Assembly (NCBI GenBank): GCA_964291675.2
Contig: OZ219866.1
Coordinates: forward strand, 1,568,001-1,632,000
Direction: 5' to 3'
Source: Alphaproteobacteria bacterium
GTDB lineage: Bacteria; Pseudomonadota; Alphaproteobacteria; MPNO01
Length of the DNA: 64,000 nucleotides
The translations under genes and the position numbers were made by a program. Positions 60,010-64,000 of this stretch are shown piece after piece (the first letter of the stretch is position 1; each line of letters opens with the position of its first letter). The notes under the pieces were generated by a model. That model saw nothing but the letters and a program-made list of their open reading frames with translations, was not told where the DNA came from and did no database searches.

Positions 60010-60795
60010 ATGAGCAACATCATCATCCACCACCCCACGTACTGGCCGCTTGAACAAATCCAATTCGATCCGTCCAATCCGGAACGATTGCCCGAAAAAA
60101 CTTATCAATACACATCATATGAACCTAAGCCGGGAGACAAGGAACGCAAGCGAGTGAGATATGTTGTCCGCTCCAAATGGCACAAAGCCAAACAAGAGCT
60201 GACTATAGAATACCGGGCCGAAGACCAGCAATACCTGCCGGAAGGCTGGCCTCCAGCAGAGGATGTCGAGTTTTGGGGTTGGGGAGTCCATATTCTCACC
60301 ATTGAACCCGGCACGAAGTCCGGCCCTTCCAGTTGGAAGCATGAATTGTATCCCGAACCAGAACCTGGACATGGATGGACTTTAGAACGACTCTCCGGTG
60401 GCAAAAAGAGAGACTGCAAGTCGGCGAAACAGATAAGGAGAGAGCAACAGGGACCATTTAGAGATCAACTTCTGGAAATGGATGGGTGCTGCGCTTTGAC
60501 GAAAGAGACTTGCGGGACTGCCTTGGAAGCCGCTCACATAATTCCTGCTTACCAAGGAGGGCCAGAGTATCCAGAAAACGGAATGCTGCTTCGCGCGGAC
60601 ATTCACCGGCTCTTCGATGCTGGAAAATTTCAGATTTGCCCAGAGACCGGCAAGGTGCTGTTAGACGCAGGCTTCGATTACCCATTCACTCGGCAGGAAG
60701 AAGCATTCACTCTGCAAGAAGCGCAAGTACCGCGAGATGTACTGGAGCGGATACGGACCGCGCTTCAGCATCGGGGCAGGTTACCTGCACAATGA
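60010..60795 (+). CDS. HNH endonuclease (HNH_2-like C-terminus)
   Basis: QGPFR..LL...CALT...LEAAHI.P...NGMLLRADIHRLFD. Confidence 0.85.
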   Translation: MSNIIIHHPTYWPLEQIQFDPSNPERLPEKTYQYTSYEPKPGDKERKRVRYVVRSKWHKAKQELTIEYRAEDQQYLPEGWPPAEDVEFWGWGVHILTIEPGTKSGPSSWKHELYPEPEPGHGWTLERLSGGKKRDCKSAKQIRREQQGPFRDQLLEMDGCCALTKETCGTALEAAHIIPAYQGGPEYPENGMLLRADIHRLFDAGKFQICPETGKVLLDAGFDYPFTRQEEAFTLQEAQVPRDVLERIRTALQHRGRLPAQ

Positions 60796-60920
60796 GCTAC
60801 CGCAGCACGTCATCGGTGCTCTCGTTGGCGGTGTAGCGGACAGCCTGCCCTTAGCCGAAAGCGGATGAAGGACAGCCGCCTGGGCAGCACCCCGCCCGTC
60901 CGCGCCGGCGCGAGGCTTGA

Positions 60921-61250
60921 TCATGCGTGCAGCGCGCCCGCGCGCCGTTCGGCGGCGGTCCTCTCCCGGCGCGCCTGCGCAAGCTCGTAAGCAGCCTGCA
61001 TCCGCATCCAGTGCTCGGCGGTTCCCCAGCCGACATCCTCAAGCGCCAGCGCCATGTTCGCCGACACGCCCGCCTTGCCGTTCAGCAGCCGAGACAGCGT
61101 CCCGCGCTCGCAGCCGAGCCGCGCCGCCGTCCCGGTCACGTTCCAGCCCACATCGTTCATGCTTTCGCGGATGAGTTCGCCCAGGTGCGGCGGGTTGCGC
61201 ATCGGGCCGACGCGATCGCTCGCAATGTCGTTCATGGTCAGTGCTCCCAT
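60921..61250 (-). CDS. higA: HigA antitoxin
   Basis: NPPHLGELIRE...LSRLLNGKAGVSANMAL...WMRMQAAYEL. Confidence 0.85.
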   Translation of the reverse strand: MGALTMNDIASDRVGPMRNPPHLGELIRESMNDVGWNVTGTAARLGCERGTLSRLLNGKAGVSANMALALEDVGWGTAEHWMRMQAAYELAQARRERTAAERRAGALHA

Positions 61251-61254
61251 TCGG

Positions 61255-61527
61255 TCAGTGGTAGTCGATCAGGTCCACGTCCACGGCCTCGCCGTCCTCG
61301 AAGCGGAACACCACGCGCCAGTTGCCCGAGACGCGAACGCTCCACTGTCCCCCGCGGTCGCCCTTCAGGGGATGCAGCCGGAAGCCGGGCGCGTCGGCGC
61401 TGCCCAGATGCGTCGCCTCTTGCAGACGGAACAGGATAAGCCGAAGCCGTGGCGCGAGGCCGGCGGGCAGCCGCGCCGCGTCGACGCGCTCGTGCAGCGC
61501 CCGCAGTGACTTATGCCTGATCTCCAT
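61255..61527 (-). CDS. higB: HigB/RelE family toxin
   Basis: RHKSLR...PGFRLHPLKGDR.GQWSVRVSGNWRVVFRF...DLIDYH. Confidence 0.9.
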   Translation of the reverse strand: MEIRHKSLRALHERVDAARLPAGLAPRLRLILFRLQEATHLGSADAPGFRLHPLKGDRGGQWSVRVSGNWRVVFRFEDGEAVDVDLIDYH

Positions 61528-61534
61528 GATTCAC

Positions 61535-61553
61535 TGTAGCGCGCCACGTTACA
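61535..61553. promoter_or_regulatory. Probable HigA operator palindrome
   Basis: TGTAGCG-CGCCA-CGTTACA just upstream of higB. Confidence 0.55.
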
Positions 61554-62008
61554 CGCCGCAATCGCCCGCAGAGCCGTCGCGACCGGCGACGGCTCTGCGG
61601 AGCGGTAACGTGTGCACGGCCTGACCCTACGCTGCGGGAACATGTGCGGCGACCGCTGCCGTGCGGCGGTAACGCGCGAGCCCGCACCGCCGCCGACAGT
61701 GCGGCCCGAGAAATTGATCCTGCCGGTGCGCACGCCTTCACGCATTGATCTGTTAGCTCGTGCTTCCTATAGCGCCGCCCGGAAGCCCCGCTGCGGTTCG
61801 GGGACTGTCTCCGCAAGTGCGCGGCGGGGCTGCCGCTCAAGCGCCGCTCGGGCTAAATGCCGATGGCACAACGGCTTTCATCGCCCGACGGATTGAGCGG
61901 TCAGGAAGCGCGAGACGGACGCCCTTCGGCGGTTTGTTCACACACCCGACGCACTGCCGCCGCTGGAAAGGCCGGAATACGCGCGGGGCCGTTAATCCCG
62001 GGCGGCGA

Positions 62009-62614
62009 TCATTCGTATTCCTCGCCGCCCACACCCGGCCGCGCCGGCGTCGGCATGCGCCCGTCGGTCTGACGCGGCGGCCGCGCGATCTCCGGCGCGA
62101 GGTCGGCGAGCTCGATGAACGCGTCGGCCTGGCGGCGCAGCTCGTCCGCCGCCATCGGCGGCGAGGAGCGCAGCGTCGAGACCACGCTCACCCGTACTCC
62201 CTCGCGCTGAACCGCCTCGACCAGGCGCCGGAAGTCGCCGTCGCCCGAGAACAGCACCATATGGTCCAGCTTCGGCGCCATCTCCATCGCGTCGATCGCG
62301 AGCTCGACATCCATGTCGCCCTTGACCGTGCGGTTCCCGTAGGCGTCGGTGAACTCCTTGGCCCGCTTGGTAATGAGCGTGTAGCCGTTGTAGTCGAGCC
62401 AGTCGACCAGCGGACGGAGCGGCGAGTATTCCACGTCGTCGAACAGCGCGGTGTAGTAACAGGCGCGCACCAGCCGGCCCTCGGCCGCGAAACGGTCCAG
62501 CAGGCGCTTGAAGTCGATGCTGAAGCCGAGCGCGCGCGATGCTGAAAAGAGATTGGCGCCGTCGATGAACAGCGTGGTCCGTTCGTCGGGACGCTCGGTC
62601 ATGGGACGGAACAC
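62009..62614 (-). CDS. NYN (LabA/DUF88) domain protein, alphaproteobacterial core type
   Basis: FIDGANL, YYTA, WLDYNGY, KGDMDVELAID, LFSGDGDF, DELRRQAD. Confidence 0.92.
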   Translation of the reverse strand: MFRPMTERPDERTTLFIDGANLFSASRALGFSIDFKRLLDRFAAEGRLVRACYYTALFDDVEYSPLRPLVDWLDYNGYTLITKRAKEFTDAYGNRTVKGDMDVELAIDAMEMAPKLDHMVLFSGDGDFRRLVEAVQREGVRVSVVSTLRSSPPMAADELRRQADAFIELADLAPEIARPPRQTDGRMPTPARPGVGGEEYE

Positions 62615-62659
62615 GGTCTCCGGTCGTTCGCCCCACCGTGACGGCGGGCGCCGGCGAAC

Positions 62660-63970
62660 CTAGCCGGTGCGCCCGCCCGACGCCAGCGGCGCCCTCGATA
62701 CTCCAGGCTGCTGCGAATCCGGTCCCGGGGCCGCCGCGCCGCCGTCGATCGTCTCATCGATGCGATCTGCGATGCGCTGGGCTGCGTCGCGGAGCTGGTG
62801 CGCGGTCCAGTCCGACGCGTAGCCCTCGGTCACGTCCCTGGGCCTCGCATGGTTGACCAGTCGCTTGGTGAGACTCGTCGGCAGCATCAGCTCCCGGTCC
62901 GCCACCGTGATGAAGCAGTTGCGAAGCGCATGGAACCAGAACTTCGCGCCGCCCGCCTCGCCGATCCGCGCATTGTGCTGCTGCAGGCTCGAGAGCCGGC
63001 CCGACGTGGCGGTCTCCGACGGGAACACCCAGACCCGGCTGTTCTCCGGGAAGGTCCCGCGCTCGGCCATGCGGCGTTCGAGGATCGCCGCCACCTGCCG
63101 CACGATGGGGATCTCCAGCGGCTCGCCGGTCTTGGTCTCCTCGACCGTCAGCGTCATCGCATCGAAATCCACCTTGTCCCAGCGCAGTTCCAGAACCTCG
63201 GAATGGCGCATGCCGGTGTAGAGCCCGAGCCGCAGCGCATCGCGCGCCACCGGGCTGCGAACCCCCTTCTCGATGCCCCGGTGCCAGCGCGGCAGGACCT
63301 CGGCCGGGGGCTGGATGCGGCGACGGCGCTGGCGGTGCAGCCGCCCGCCCGCCGCGCGCCACTGCGCCACCGGGTTGTGCAGACCCTGGACGTCGACGCA
63401 TTGCCGCCGGTACAGCGCACCCAGCATGATCAGCGCCGAGTTGGCCCCCACCCAGCCGATCTCCGACGTCAGCCGGTTGAAGCACTGCTCGACGTCCTTG
63501 CGGGAGATCGTGTTGAGCGACCGGTCGAGCCAGGGCGCGAGATCCATGTACACCGTCCTGCGGTAGACCTCCACCGTCCGCGGCTTCCGCTCCGGCCCGG
63601 CGGCGAGGAAGTCCTCGAAGGCCTCGCGCAGCGTGGGCGTCGACCGCGACCGGGTGCGTCCCTCGGCCGGGTCTTCCCCGGCGGCGACCTTGCCCAGCGT
63701 CTCCCGGGCGATGAGTCTTGCCTCCTCCGCCGACACCCGCCCGTGCCGGCCGATGACCAGCCGCCGGTTGGCGGCCCGCCTGCCGCCGCCCGAGGCACGG
63801 TAGTTCACCAGGTAGGACCGCACCCCCGAGGGCTGGACCCTGACCCCGAACCCGGTCAGCCTGTCGTCCCAGGCGATGAAGGGCTTGTCGGCCGGCTTCA
63901 GGGCGTCGACGCTCCGTTTGTTCAATGTGAGCTTTATCTGGGCGACACGCTTTCCGCTCTGTGTTGACAT
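62660..63970 (-). CDS. Tyrosine integrase with arm-binding N-terminal domain
   Basis: WDDRLTGFGVRV, YTGMRHSE, ETKTG, FHALRN, LVNH, TEGY. Confidence 0.92.
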   Translation of the reverse strand: MSTQSGKRVAQIKLTLNKRSVDALKPADKPFIAWDDRLTGFGVRVQPSGVRSYLVNYRASGGGRRAANRRLVIGRHGRVSAEEARLIARETLGKVAAGEDPAEGRTRSRSTPTLREAFEDFLAAGPERKPRTVEVYRRTVYMDLAPWLDRSLNTISRKDVEQCFNRLTSEIGWVGANSALIMLGALYRRQCVDVQGLHNPVAQWRAAGGRLHRQRRRRIQPPAEVLPRWHRGIEKGVRSPVARDALRLGLYTGMRHSEVLELRWDKVDFDAMTLTVEETKTGEPLEIPIVRQVAAILERRMAERGTFPENSRVWVFPSETATSGRLSSLQQHNARIGEAGGAKFWFHALRNCFITVADRELMLPTSLTKRLVNHARPRDVTEGYASDWTAHQLRDAAQRIADRIDETIDGGAAAPGPDSQQPGVSRAPLASGGRTG

Positions 63971-64000
63971 GCCGGCACCCTCTTCGAAATCCCTCAATAT

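Overview
High-GC alphaproteobacterial window (Irr/ICE box, core-type NYN gene). It leaves a DUF1015 housekeeping gene at about 0.85 kb and is then almost entirely an eroded genomic island. The island holds: a MobF (TrwC/TraA-like) relaxase module with primase, SSB and DUF2493 genes; a tyrosine integrase at the right edge; a candidate anti-phage cluster (REase-STAND NTPase, PD-(D/E)xK nucleases, HNH, HigBA); a class E-like group II intron; many IS (IS110/IS1111, IS1595, IS1380, IS3, IS256, IS1634); and many gene fragments. Main findings: (1) A family of cargo-carrying IS1595 elements, one complete at 4.8 kb with terminal inverted repeats (TIRs) and an 8-bp target-site duplication (TSD). Each carries a ~125-nt covarying structured motif; in the two unbroken copies it lies between a divergent exported-protein gene and a TATAAT promoter plus a 57-aa ORF. 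(2) One copy of that motif is interrupted by an IS1111-type IS110 whose 3' non-coding end contains exact matches to the target and donor junctions, i.e. a readable bridge/seek RNA. (3) A second IS110 has a readable 5' bridge RNA candidate and a circle-junction promoter. (4) A separate tandem pair of 135-nt covarying hairpin units sits at 1.09-1.39 kb. All calls were made by eye; no database searches were run.
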